DNA from: an uncultured Eubacteriales bacterium
GTDB taxonomy: Bacteria; Bacillota; Clostridia; Lachnospirales; CAZQDT01
NCBI GenBank assembly: GCA_964592005.1
Contig: CAZQDT010000002.1
Location: 1 to 43,999, forward strand
DNA: 43,999 bases
Reading direction: 5' to 3'
Positions 28,512 through 37,477 of the stretch are shown one piece after another (position 1 is the stretch's first letter; each line of letters opens with the position of its first letter). The notes under the pieces are model-generated. The model worked only from the letters and a program-made list of their open reading frames with translations, was not told where the DNA came from and made no database searches. The position numbers and the translations under genes are program-made.

Positions 28512-28541
28512 TAAAAATTTATAATTTGATAAGTTTATAAT

Positions 28542-28580
28542 AAAAAGGAATTGTCTATTTTACAAACAATTCCTTTTTTG
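28542..28580. terminator. Bidirectional terminator
   Basis: AAGGAATTGT (28545-28554) / ACAATTCCTT (28566-28575), flanked by an A-run and a T-run. Confidence 0.8.
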
Positions 28581-28582
28581 AT

Positions 28583-29614
28583 TTATTCTGTTATAGTGGT
28601 TTCGTATGCAGGTAAATCATATAATGATTTGAAAACATAACCTTCAGCTTTCAGGCTTTTTATGATATCATCGAGAGCCTCTGTATTTGACTGTGATACA
28701 GCATGTAAAAGGAATATTCCACCAGGGTGATAATTATTCATAACGTGTTGATAAGAGTATTCTTTTCCCGGCTGATTATTTACATCATAATCATAGTATG
28801 CAAGACTCCAAAAAATTGTTTTGTAACCAAGCTGATTGGTAATGTCAAGTGTTCTTTCACTGAATGCACCTGTTGGAGGACGTAAAAATTTATCCATATC
28901 ATACCCGGTCATTTCTTTGTAGTATTTTTCATTGTCTACTATTTCAGATATTAAATCTTCATCATTTTTACTGGTCATAATTGGATGTGAAACCGTATGA
29001 TTTCCTACTACATGTCCTTCTTCTTTCATTCTCTTAGCAAGTTCAGGATGAGATTTTATGAAAGTTTTAGTTAAAAAGAAACAAGCTTTAACATCATTTT
29101 CTTTCAAAGTATCTAATATTGATGGTGTAAATCCATATTCATATCCTTCATCAAAGGTAAGATATATAATTTTTTCAGAAGTATCACCTAAATGATAAGC
29201 ATTATAAAGGCTTAGATTTACATTTTGGTTGTAACCTAAAGTAGGTTCATGTGTAGAATTTCTTTTAAATGACCATTCAATATTTTTGTTAGACTTATCT
29301 GACCAAATATATACAGCTTCTGAAACTGAAGCAGCGGTTGTTTCTTCTGTACTTATCTGTGTAATTTCTTGAGTAGTTTCGGTAGTAACTTCAGCAGCAG
29401 GCTCTGTGGTAACTTCAGAAATTGGCTCAGTAGAAAGTTCTTCAGTGCTTGCTTTTTCGGTAGTGCTTTCTTGAGTTACTGACTGAGAGATATTTTCCGT
29501 AGATATTTCAGAAGAATTTTCAGTAGTATTTGCAGGTGTATTATCTCCGCACGAAACCAAAAGTAACGACATTATAACAGAAATTAATAAAATATGTAGC
29601 TTGATGATAATCAC
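28583..29614 (-). CDS. Polysaccharide deacetylase (NodB domain), PdaA-like lipoprotein with Thr/Glu-rich linker
   Basis: Lipobox LLVSC. About 90-aa T/E/S-rich linker. NodB motifs YLTFDEGYEYGFTP and GHVVGNHTVSHP, closely resembling delta-lactam-forming PdaA. The start codon is problematic (see findings). Confidence 0.85.
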   Translation of the reverse strand: MIIIKLHILLISVIMSLLLVSCGDNTPANTTENSSEISTENISQSVTQESTTEKASTEELSTEPISEVTTEPAAEVTTETTQEITQISTEETTAASVSEAVYIWSDKSNKNIEWSFKRNSTHEPTLGYNQNVNLSLYNAYHLGDTSEKIIYLTFDEGYEYGFTPSILDTLKENDVKACFFLTKTFIKSHPELAKRMKEEGHVVGNHTVSHPIMTSKNDEDLISEIVDNEKYYKEMTGYDMDKFLRPPTGAFSERTLDITNQLGYKTIFWSLAYYDYDVNNQPGKEYSYQHVMNNYHPGGIFLLHAVSQSNTEALDDIIKSLKAEGYVFKSLYDLPAYETTITE

Positions 29615-29785
29615 TCCTTAAAATATATTGCCGAATAATTATATCATATTTTAAATTTAATTCCAATGTTTAAAAAAATATTTACAAAAAATAATAATAT
29701 TATCTAAAGTATTCAAATTAACTTGCTTTTTTGTTATTTATATGATAATTTTGAAATAAGAAATTTTAAAGAAGGGGATAATAAA

Positions 29786-30424
29786 ATGCGAGTAAGAAGA
29801 AAACCATGGGCAGAAGAAGAACTTTTGACTAATGAACAGGTTATAAAAGAAGCTACTGAATTTAAAGGTAGATGGAATGAAGAATTTGGAAATGATAATA
29901 TTATTTATGTGGAGATTGGTTGTGGCAAAGGAAGATTTATTACAGAAACAGCTAAAGCTAATCCAAATATAAATTTTGTAGCAATAGAAAGGCAGATAAG
30001 TGTAGTAGCGACAGCAGCACGAAAATTAAGAGAAGAAAATATTTCTAATTTAAGATTTGTTAAAGGAGATGTTAAATTTTTACAAGATTATTTTGAAAAA
30101 AATGAAATAAAAAGACTTTATATCAATTTCTGTGACCCATGGCCTAAAAAAAGATGGGCAAAAAGAAGGCTTACTTATAGAGATTTTTTAAATATTTATA
30201 AAGAACTTATAGGAATTGAGGGTGAAATACATTTTAAGACAGATAACAGAGATTTGTTTGAATTTTCACTTAATGAATTTGCAGATATGGATTGGAGAAT
30301 GTCAAATATAACCTTAGATTTACATAATAGTGATTTTGAGGGAAATATAATGACAGAATATGAAGAAAAATTTTCCAGTAAGGGAATGCCGATATACCGA
30401 TTAGAGGCAAAAGTTAGAAATTAA
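29786..30424 (+). CDS. trmB: tRNA (guanine46-N7)-methyltransferase
   Basis: MRVRRKPWA N-terminus, SAM-binding VEIGCGKG, FCDPWPKKRW(A)KRR motif. RBS GAAGGGG upstream of ATG 29786 (ORF track starts at 29723). Confidence 0.9.
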   Translation: MRVRRKPWAEEELLTNEQVIKEATEFKGRWNEEFGNDNIIYVEIGCGKGRFITETAKANPNINFVAIERQISVVATAARKLREENISNLRFVKGDVKFLQDYFEKNEIKRLYINFCDPWPKKRWAKRRLTYRDFLNIYKELIGIEGEIHFKTDNRDLFEFSLNEFADMDWRMSNITLDLHNSDFEGNIMTEYEEKFSSKGMPIYRLEAKVRN

Positions 30425-30434
30425 TAATCTATTA

Positions 30435-30484
30435 AAAAAATAAAGCACAGCTATGAATTATTCATTAATGTGCTTTATTTTTGC
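30435..30484. terminator. Bidirectional terminator between trmB and the Lys-rich protein gene
   Basis: TAAAGCACA (30441-30449) / TGTGCTTTA (30469-30477), with an A-run upstream and a T-run downstream. Confidence 0.65.
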
Positions 30485-30495
30485 TTATAAATTAA

Positions 30496-31107
30496 TTATA
30501 TCACTACATCTATACTTGATGTTTCAGAAATAGATATACTGCTGTCAGAAATTGCCATATCAGAAATAGTAAAATCATTTGAACTAAAGCTGTATTCATT
30601 TCCAAGTCCAAAAGAATCTCTTACTTCGATAGTAGTAATTCCTTCTTTTTCAGCTTCATATACATCATTGTACTCTTGAGCTTTTCGGTTTTGTTTTCGT
30701 TGTTTTAAGGCCTTTTCAATTCTTTTTGCTTTTTCCTTTTCAGATTTTTCTTTTTTTAATTTTGCAGCTTCTTTTTTCTTTTTCATTTTTTCTTCAAGTG
30801 TCAGACTATTAATTTTAGTATCTGCTTTTCTTATTGCATTCCACATTTTACCGGTAATTGCCAAGACTTGCTCTTCACTTGCACCGCTATGTTTTATAGA
30901 ACTTATTTGTGCGTAAAGACTGCCTTTAATTGCCGAAAGCATTACAATGGAGTTCGCAGAAGCAATTTTTTTCATATATTTTGCAGGATTATAGCTGATA
31001 GTTTTTATATTTTTCTTTGTGTTTGAAGAACTTTTAGTTTGTTTTGTGCTTACTTTAAAGCCACTAACACTAGAAGTTTCTTTTTTTTCTGATATTAAAG
31101 ATATCAC
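30496..31107 (-). CDS. Hypothetical protein with central Lys/Glu-rich coiled-coil-like segment
   Basis: 203 aa, with no TM helix or signal peptide. KKKKEAAKLKKEKSEKEKAKRIEKALKQRKQNRKAQE tract and a Ser-rich C-terminus. GTG start with GAGGGGG 7 nt upstream. Confidence 0.6.
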   Translation of the reverse strand: MISLISEKKETSSVSGFKVSTKQTKSSSNTKKNIKTISYNPAKYMKKIASANSIVMLSAIKGSLYAQISSIKHSGASEEQVLAITGKMWNAIRKADTKINSLTLEEKMKKKKEAAKLKKEKSEKEKAKRIEKALKQRKQNRKAQEYNDVYEAEKEGITTIEVRDSFGLGNEYSFSSNDFTISDMAISDSSISISETSSIDVVI

Positions 31108-31175
31108 GATAACACCCCCTCACCGATTAACATTCCTCTCAGTTATAGAGTATATCGTCATAAATTAAAAAATTT

Positions 31176-31964
31176 TTAATAATTTTTATTGATATATTCG
31201 TGAGCGATGGAAACTTTATCTTGATGAATTTTTTGTACAACATTAGTAGAATGGGTACGGCTATTTAAAAAGTGAATGTCCATATGCCCGTCTACTCCGT
31301 TATTTTTTACACTGTCAAAATTTTGCCCTCTGCCATAATTTCCACTTCGATTATTTACAATAGCTAAAGATGGGGCATTATCAACACCTGCGTGAGGATA
31401 AGCGGTCATAGAGCCAGCTAGGAGTATACCATCTACATTTACCACTACTGCACGTCTTTCCCAACTCCATCCACCCCAGATTTCCTTTATAATCTGGGCA
31501 TCTGTACTTGTTAAAGGTTCTACATCAGCATGGTTAGTTCCAAAAGTTCTTTTTAAATTAAAGCTTTTTTGAGTGAGAACATCTGTGACAACAGCATTAC
31601 CGCCTCTTGGAAATATGTATTGCACAGAAGAAAACCAGTCAACAGCTCCCAGTTTATTATAAGTTTCTGTTTTGGGAACAAGTGAAGTCAATACGCCTAG
31701 AGTTTCGGGCCCAACAATTCCATCTATCTTAAGGTTGTTTGCTCGTTGAAAATTTATGACAGCATTTTGGGTAATTATACCAAAATAACCTGTTGTTGTA
31801 TAATGATTGAAAAATCCGAGTTCTTTAAGTGCAGATTGAACATAGCTTACGTCTGTACCTCTTGAGCCTATTTTTAAAGTGGCGGCTAAAACATTTGAGG
31901 GGGTTGTTATTATGGAAAAAGCAATAAGTATTGCAAGTGCCTGTTTATTGAATATTTTTTTCAT
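31176..31964 (-). CDS. Secreted peptidoglycan-binding (PG_binding_1) protein with uncharacterised C-terminal domain
   Basis: Signal peptide ending VLA-A. PG-binding repeat (GSRGTDVSYVQSALKELGFF ... IDGIVGPETLGVL). The C-terminal 160 aa have conserved-looking His/Asp residues (NHADVEP, YPHAG, DGHMDIHF), but I recognise no family. Confidence 0.7.
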   Translation of the reverse strand: MKKIFNKQALAILIAFSIITTPSNVLAATLKIGSRGTDVSYVQSALKELGFFNHYTTTGYFGIITQNAVINFQRANNLKIDGIVGPETLGVLTSLVPKTETYNKLGAVDWFSSVQYIFPRGGNAVVTDVLTQKSFNLKRTFGTNHADVEPLTSTDAQIIKEIWGGWSWERRAVVVNVDGILLAGSMTAYPHAGVDNAPSLAIVNNRSGNYGRGQNFDSVKNNGVDGHMDIHFLNSRTHSTNVVQKIHQDKVSIAHEYINKNY

Positions 31965-32136
31965 AATTTTAAAACTCCTTTCATAAGTGAAATAAATATT
32001 TTATCAGTTAGCCAACTTATATCAGGATTATATTACAAAAATGTTAAATTGTCGAATGCAATATTTAACAATATTGTAACAAATAAAATTGTATATGTTG
32101 CTAAGGTAAATTTTGAGTTAAATTTGTGTATATTGA

Positions 32137-32165
32137 TTGAGAAAAAATTTTCAATGTAATATAAT
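32137..32165 (+). promoter_or_regulatory. Putative sigma-A promoter of ppk
   Basis: TTGAGA (32137-32142), 17 nt, TATAAT (32160-32165). Confidence 0.5.
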
Positions 32166-32244
32166 AAATAAAGGGTAAATAATTAATTATTTGCATAAAA
32201 TAATAAAATAAATAATTTGAGTTTAATTGAGAGAAGGTGATTTT

Positions 32245-34356
32245 ATGAATTTATCAGATTCAAAATATTATTTTAACAGGGAATTGAGTTGGCTGGAATT
32301 TAATAATCGTGTTTTAGAAGAAGCATATGATAAGACACACCCTTTGTTTGAAAGATTGAAATTTTTGGCTATTACAGCATCTAATTTAGATGAGTTTTTT
32401 ATGATAAGAGTTTCGGGACTATATAGTCAGGTAAATTCAAAGTATAGTAAAAAAGATATTTCAGGAAAGACACCTAAAGAACAGTTGGAAAATATTTGGG
32501 ATAAAGCATATAAAATGACAGTAAAGCAATATAATTGTCTAAAACGTTCTATAATGCCTAGTCTGGAAAAAGCAGGATTATATTTTTTGAAATTTAAAGA
32601 ATTAGATGTAAAGCAGAAAGCATATGCAGAAAAATATTTTGATGAAGTATTATATCCCATACTAACACCAATGGCAATAGACCAAAGCAGACCATTTCCT
32701 TTTCTGCCTAATAAATCTGTAAATATTATATTGAGATTGAAAAAAGAAGAAAAAAAAGTTAAGAAAGATTTGTATGCAGTTATAAGAGTGCCATCAGTCG
32801 TTTCACGTATATTTGAAGTGGAAAATAATGGAAAAGAAAGGACTTTTATATTTATAGAAGAAATAATCAAACAGTTTGCAGGAAAGCTTTTTGAGGGTTG
32901 TGAAATAAAAGAAGCATATGCTTTCAGAATAACAAGAAATTCTGACCTTGATATAGATGAGGAAGATGCAGAAGATTTGTTGAGGGAAATAGAAAAATCC
33001 ATAAAGAAAAGAAAATGGGGTTATCCGGTAAGGCTTGAATTAGAAAAAAATGTTTCAGAGGAATTAGAAGAGCTTTTAAAAGAAACTTTGGAATTGAAAG
33101 AAAATAGTATTTATAAAGTAAATGGAGCAATAGATTTGACATTGTGGTATAGTTTTATTGAAATGGAAGGATATGAAGAACTAAGAGATATTCCTATGCC
33201 TCCGCAAAAAGTAGTTGAATTTGAACAGAATGATGATTATTTCGAGGTTATAAGGCAGGGAGATGTTTTGGTTCATCACCCTTATCAATCATTTGATTAT
33301 GTGGTTGAATTTATCCGAAAGGCATCAGTAGACCCTGATGTGCTTGCCATAAAACAGACTTTATACAGGGTGAGTGGAAATTCACCGATAATTGCTGCAC
33401 TTATACAAGCGGCAGAAAATGGTAAACAGGTAACTGTACTTGTAGAACTTAAAGCGAGATTTGATGAAGAAAATAATATACATTGGGCAAAGAAATTGGA
33501 AAAAGCAGGTTGTCATGTAATATATGGATTAGTCGGACTTAAAACTCATTGTAAAGCGGTTTTGGTAGTGAGAAAAGAAGAAGACGGAATAAGAAGATAC
33601 GTACATCTTGCTACTGGTAATTATAATGATAAAACCGCAAAAACATATACGGATTTGGGAATGTTTACCTGTCAAGAAGATTATGGAGCAGATATATCAG
33701 CTTTGTTTAATGTGCTTACGGGATATTCAAAACCACCACAGTGGAAAGAAATTTCAACAGCACCTACAAATCTTAGAAGTACATTTTTAAAGCTTATAGA
33801 AGAGGAAAAAGTTATTGCTCAAAATGGAGGAGAGGGCAGAATAATAGCCAAAATGAATTCTCTTGTAGATGCCGAGATAATACAGGCATTATATAAAGCT
33901 TCAAGGGCAGGGGTTAAAATAAATCTTATTGTAAGAGGAATTTGTTGTCTTAGGTCAGGAGTAAAAAATGTAAGTGAAAATATTACAGTTACAAGTATTG
34001 TAGGAAGATTTTTGGAGCATAGTCGTATATATTATTTTGGAAATAATAGAAATCCCAAGATTTTTTTGTCGAGTGCTGATTGGATGAATAGAAATTTTGA
34101 CAGAAGAGTAGAAATTCTTTTCCCAGTACATCAGGAAAGTATAAAGCAAAGATTGACAGAAATACTTGAATGTATTATGAATGATACAGTAAAAGCACGT
34201 ATTCAAAAATCCGATGGAAGTTATGAAAAACAGGATAGAAGAGGAAAAGAATACATTAATTCTCAGATGTTATTTTTTGAAAAAGCAAAACAAGAACTAG
34301 AAGATAAGCTTGATAAATCATCTGAAGAAGTATTTAAACCTATATATAAAGAATAA
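32245..34356 (+). CDS. ppk: Polyphosphate kinase 1
   Basis: YFNRELSWLEFNNRVLEEA N-terminus and full four-domain length (about 700 aa) with PLD-like C-terminal domains. AAGGTGA lies 5 nt upstream of ATG 32245 (ORF track starts at 32227). Confidence 0.93.
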   Translation: MNLSDSKYYFNRELSWLEFNNRVLEEAYDKTHPLFERLKFLAITASNLDEFFMIRVSGLYSQVNSKYSKKDISGKTPKEQLENIWDKAYKMTVKQYNCLKRSIMPSLEKAGLYFLKFKELDVKQKAYAEKYFDEVLYPILTPMAIDQSRPFPFLPNKSVNIILRLKKEEKKVKKDLYAVIRVPSVVSRIFEVENNGKERTFIFIEEIIKQFAGKLFEGCEIKEAYAFRITRNSDLDIDEEDAEDLLREIEKSIKKRKWGYPVRLELEKNVSEELEELLKETLELKENSIYKVNGAIDLTLWYSFIEMEGYEELRDIPMPPQKVVEFEQNDDYFEVIRQGDVLVHHPYQSFDYVVEFIRKASVDPDVLAIKQTLYRVSGNSPIIAALIQAAENGKQVTVLVELKARFDEENNIHWAKKLEKAGCHVIYGLVGLKTHCKAVLVVRKEEDGIRRYVHLATGNYNDKTAKTYTDLGMFTCQEDYGADISALFNVLTGYSKPPQWKEISTAPTNLRSTFLKLIEEEKVIAQNGGEGRIIAKMNSLVDAEIIQALYKASRAGVKINLIVRGICCLRSGVKNVSENITVTSIVGRFLEHSRIYYFGNNRNPKIFLSSADWMNRNFDRRVEILFPVHQESIKQRLTEILECIMNDTVKARIQKSDGSYEKQDRRGKEYINSQMLFFEKAKQELEDKLDKSSEEVFKPIYKE

Positions 34357-34360
34357 AAAA

Positions 34361-34390
34361 GGATTTGGAAACTTAAATGTTTCTAAATCC
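34361..34390. terminator. Bidirectional hairpin shared by convergent ppk and HD-GYP sensor genes
   Basis: 12-bp stem GGATTTGGAAAC / GTTTCTAAATCC. The loop contains the stop codon of the minus-strand gene. Confidence 0.65.
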
Positions 34391-37348
34391 TTTTTCTATG
34401 TCATCAATTTCGCCTGATTTTATTAGCTTAATCATTATATCTGCAATAAGTGGGTCGAATTGTTTTCCTGAACAAGATTTTAATTCACCTAAAATATAAT
34501 CTTTTGAAAGAGCTTTTCTGTACGCTCGATTACTATTCATGGCATCATAAGTATCAGCTACACATATAATTCTTGCAATCAAAGGAATTTTTTCTCCTGC
34601 AAGCCCTGAATTATAACCTTTTCCATCGTATCTTTCATGGTGATATCTTGCACCATCAGCAATTCCATCTATAAGAGTAATTTCTTTTAAAATTTCTCCG
34701 CCTATAAGGGTATGTTGTTTTATATAGTTATATTCATCATTTGTAAGGCGATCAGGCTTGTTCAAAATATTGTCAGGAATACCTATTTTTCCAATATCGT
34801 GAAGTAATGCAATATAATATAAATTATCTAATTCATCACCCGACCAACCAAGTTTTTCAGCTAATTTTACGGAATAAAGAGCAACACGTCTGGAATGTCC
34901 ATGGGTATAAGAGTCCTTAGCATCTATTGCGTTGGCTATAACAGTCATAGATTGTGCAATTATATCTTTGTAGTTCTGTTTTTGTGTAACTAAAAGTTTG
35001 GTCTTGTGTTTGAAATATAATTTAATACATATATAAGCAAAAATGATGAAAATAAGAGAAAGAATAAGTCTTACACTGAATCTTTCAAAAAATGCAGGAG
35101 GTCTTATAATAGTAATGACAGTATCATTTAAACTTGAAAGATCATCGCCATTTGTACCTCTTACATGAAAAGTATATGTACCTTTTGCTAAATTTGTATA
35201 ACTTATATTTTCGATATTTAAATTGTTATCATTGAATATATTTTCATCAAACCCTTTAAGTTGATATTGTACTGTGTTTTTGTAAGGACAACGAAAACTT
35301 AACACAGAAAAATCAATACTTATTCTTTTGCTATCTGCTGGTATTGTCAATTCGTTAGAAGGTGGATATTCAATTCCATCAATGGTAATGCTGTTAATTA
35401 CAGTTTTAGGTTCAATATCATTTATTTTATAATCTTTTAAATTAAGCATATTTATTCCTGAAGAACAAGGTATATATAAATTAAAATCTTCATCTAAATA
35501 ACTGTAACAAGTAGAAGATATTGAGGAAGTAAGACCATCATACTTATTAAATATAAGACATCTGTTTTTAAAATTATTGTTTGTAAGAGAGTCTTCAGAA
35601 ATTCTTATTATTCCATTACTGCAAACTAACCATAGATAGGTTTCAGTATATATAATATCAAAAATGGTTCCACTTATAGAGTTGAAATTTTTAATGTTAT
35701 GAAATTTATCATTATGTATATATCCTAAAGAGTTGGTCATACTTATCCAAATGTTACCAGTTTTGGGACTTTGAGATATATGTACAATACTGTTAGAAGT
35801 AAGGTCATATTTTTCTGTTAAATTTGTTATTTCATCATTTTTTATAATATAAAGCCCATTGCCATCGCTTCCTGCATATAGTGCATCAGAAGCTTGATAT
35901 ATACAAAGTATGGAAGAGTTATCAAGTCCATTTTTGGCAGTATATGAATGAGTTATTATTCCTTTTTCCATAATATTTATACCATTATTTGTTGCAATTA
36001 TTATGCGGTTATTGTTATCTTCTGTTATATTGCATACCATATTTGTTATTAAAGCACTGTTGGAAGTATCAAAAGTGGTAATAATTCGGTTTTGATATCT
36101 TATCAACCCTAAATCTTTAGTACCTATCCATAAAGTGCCATCAGAAGAAACAAAAAGGTGTGTTATTCGTGTGTCTTTAAGTTGTTTAGATAGTTGATTT
36201 TCAATAAGGTCGTAATTTTTATTACTTATTATAAGTCCGCTATCAGTTCCTATGTAAATATTATTGTTATATTCAATTACAGAAGTTACCATTTCGTTGG
36301 TAATGCCTAGATTATAACCTAAATTTTTAATTTTACTTGGGGCAAGCTGCAAAACTCCCTGGACTGATGAGGTTGCCCATAAGTTGTGTTCATAATCTTC
36401 AAATATTTTTGTAAATGAATTGGGTATCAATGTATTTTTTGCTTGATAAAATCTGTTATTTGTATCAAAATATCCTAATCCCGAATCTGTACAAACCCAT
36501 ATATTTCCATCGCTGTCTTCATACATACTATTTACAGTCTGCATATTTTCAATGGCTCTGCTTCTAAAGTCTAATTTTTCTTCAGTAAGTTCAATAACCT
36601 CAAGTATTTGATTCCCGGCAGTACCTATTCTGACAAGACCGGAAGAGTCTGTAAATACAGATGTAAAATTATAGTTGGTTACAGAACGTCTTTTTATGTA
36701 AAAATCTAAATTTGAGTTGTCTAAACAGAAAGCATTTCCTAAATTGTCAATACCCCAGAGCCTGTTTTGAGTATCACAACTCAGACTTATAATAAAGTTA
36801 TTTTCAAGTTTTGAAGTATCTATAATGGATATGTTGCCAGAAGTATCAATTTTATTTATACCATGTGCTGTTCCAATAATTAAATTTCCGTTTTGGTCTT
36901 CAATAATTGTTCTTATGGAATTTGAACATATCCCATGTGAAGTGTTGTATTCAGTATATTTTCCATTTTCATAAAGGAATAAGCCATTTTCGTTTGTACC
37001 TATCCAAAAACGATTTTTGGAGTCTTCAAAAAGACATATAATATTTGAAACAGGCAGGTCTTCTATGGTTTTGAAATTTTTACTGTCATAACGAACAAGA
37101 CCGCTATAAGTTGCAATCCAAATATATCCATCTTTTGTCTGGATTATATCATTTGTAGAAGAAGTCGGAAGCCCCGTATTATCATTATATTGAGTCTGTA
37201 TATAATTGGATAATAAGTAATCTTTTGCATAAATACAAGTTTTGGTTTCAAATAAAAATAAGGTAAGTATTCCATAAAATACTATTAAAAATTTTTTATA
37301 AGTCAATTCAATCACCTTCTTTTGGCTAAAGGGTATATAAAGTTGCAA
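34373..37348 (-). CDS. Sensor protein: two-component-regulator beta-propeller repeats plus Y_Y_Y domain, TM helix, HD-GYP domain
   Basis: Repeated D..G.(I/L)W(I/V)GT propeller blades over about 700 aa, then an Ig-like Y_Y_Y region and TM helix (LILSLIFIIFAYICIKLYF). C-terminal HGHSRRV, LHDIGKIGIP and HHERYDGKGYNSG (GYP replaced by GYN). Start uncertain: an in-frame TTG at 37306 has the better SD. Confidence 0.85.
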   Translation of the reverse strand: MQLYIPFSQKKVIELTYKKFLIVFYGILTLFLFETKTCIYAKDYLLSNYIQTQYNDNTGLPTSSTNDIIQTKDGYIWIATYSGLVRYDSKNFKTIEDLPVSNIICLFEDSKNRFWIGTNENGLFLYENGKYTEYNTSHGICSNSIRTIIEDQNGNLIIGTAHGINKIDTSGNISIIDTSKLENNFIISLSCDTQNRLWGIDNLGNAFCLDNSNLDFYIKRRSVTNYNFTSVFTDSSGLVRIGTAGNQILEVIELTEEKLDFRSRAIENMQTVNSMYEDSDGNIWVCTDSGLGYFDTNNRFYQAKNTLIPNSFTKIFEDYEHNLWATSSVQGVLQLAPSKIKNLGYNLGITNEMVTSVIEYNNNIYIGTDSGLIISNKNYDLIENQLSKQLKDTRITHLFVSSDGTLWIGTKDLGLIRYQNRIITTFDTSNSALITNMVCNITEDNNNRIIIATNNGINIMEKGIITHSYTAKNGLDNSSILCIYQASDALYAGSDGNGLYIIKNDEITNLTEKYDLTSNSIVHISQSPKTGNIWISMTNSLGYIHNDKFHNIKNFNSISGTIFDIIYTETYLWLVCSNGIIRISEDSLTNNNFKNRCLIFNKYDGLTSSISSTCYSYLDEDFNLYIPCSSGINMLNLKDYKINDIEPKTVINSITIDGIEYPPSNELTIPADSKRISIDFSVLSFRCPYKNTVQYQLKGFDENIFNDNNLNIENISYTNLAKGTYTFHVRGTNGDDLSSLNDTVITIIRPPAFFERFSVRLILSLIFIIFAYICIKLYFKHKTKLLVTQKQNYKDIIAQSMTVIANAIDAKDSYTHGHSRRVALYSVKLAEKLGWSGDELDNLYYIALLHDIGKIGIPDNILNKPDRLTNDEYNYIKQHTLIGGEILKEITLIDGIADGARYHHERYDGKGYNSGLAGEKIPLIARIICVADTYDAMNSNRAYRKALSKDYILGELKSCSGKQFDPLIADIMIKLIKSGEIDDIEKGFRNI

Positions 37349-37477
37349 ATTTAAAATAATTGTATATTAAAATTAATAAAAAATCAATATTCTAAAAAGA
37401 TTTTATGAAAATTGATTGAAATAATATAAGTTTTGTGATAAAATACCTCTCCAATCAATTAATGGGGGTGAAATTTT

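Noticed and set aside
29330-29480. Tandem DNA repeats in the Thr/Glu-rich linker of the PdaA-like gene
   Set aside because: There are only two imperfect copies of a GAAGTTAC(C/T)AC(A/C)GA unit (EVTTE). This is ordinary low-complexity linker, not a structured repeat array.
23273-29700. Genomic island integrated at tRNA-Lys
   Set aside because: I saw no integrase or recombinase, no direct repeat of the tRNA 3' end, and no compositional break by eye.
32427-33002. 191-aa minus-strand ORF inside ppk (and other 60-110-aa antisense ORFs in the ABC, GH78, AI-2E, HelD and DGC genes)
   Set aside because: These are antisense shadows of high-confidence genes. They are Ser/Phe/Ile-rich and low-complexity, with no ribosome-binding sites.
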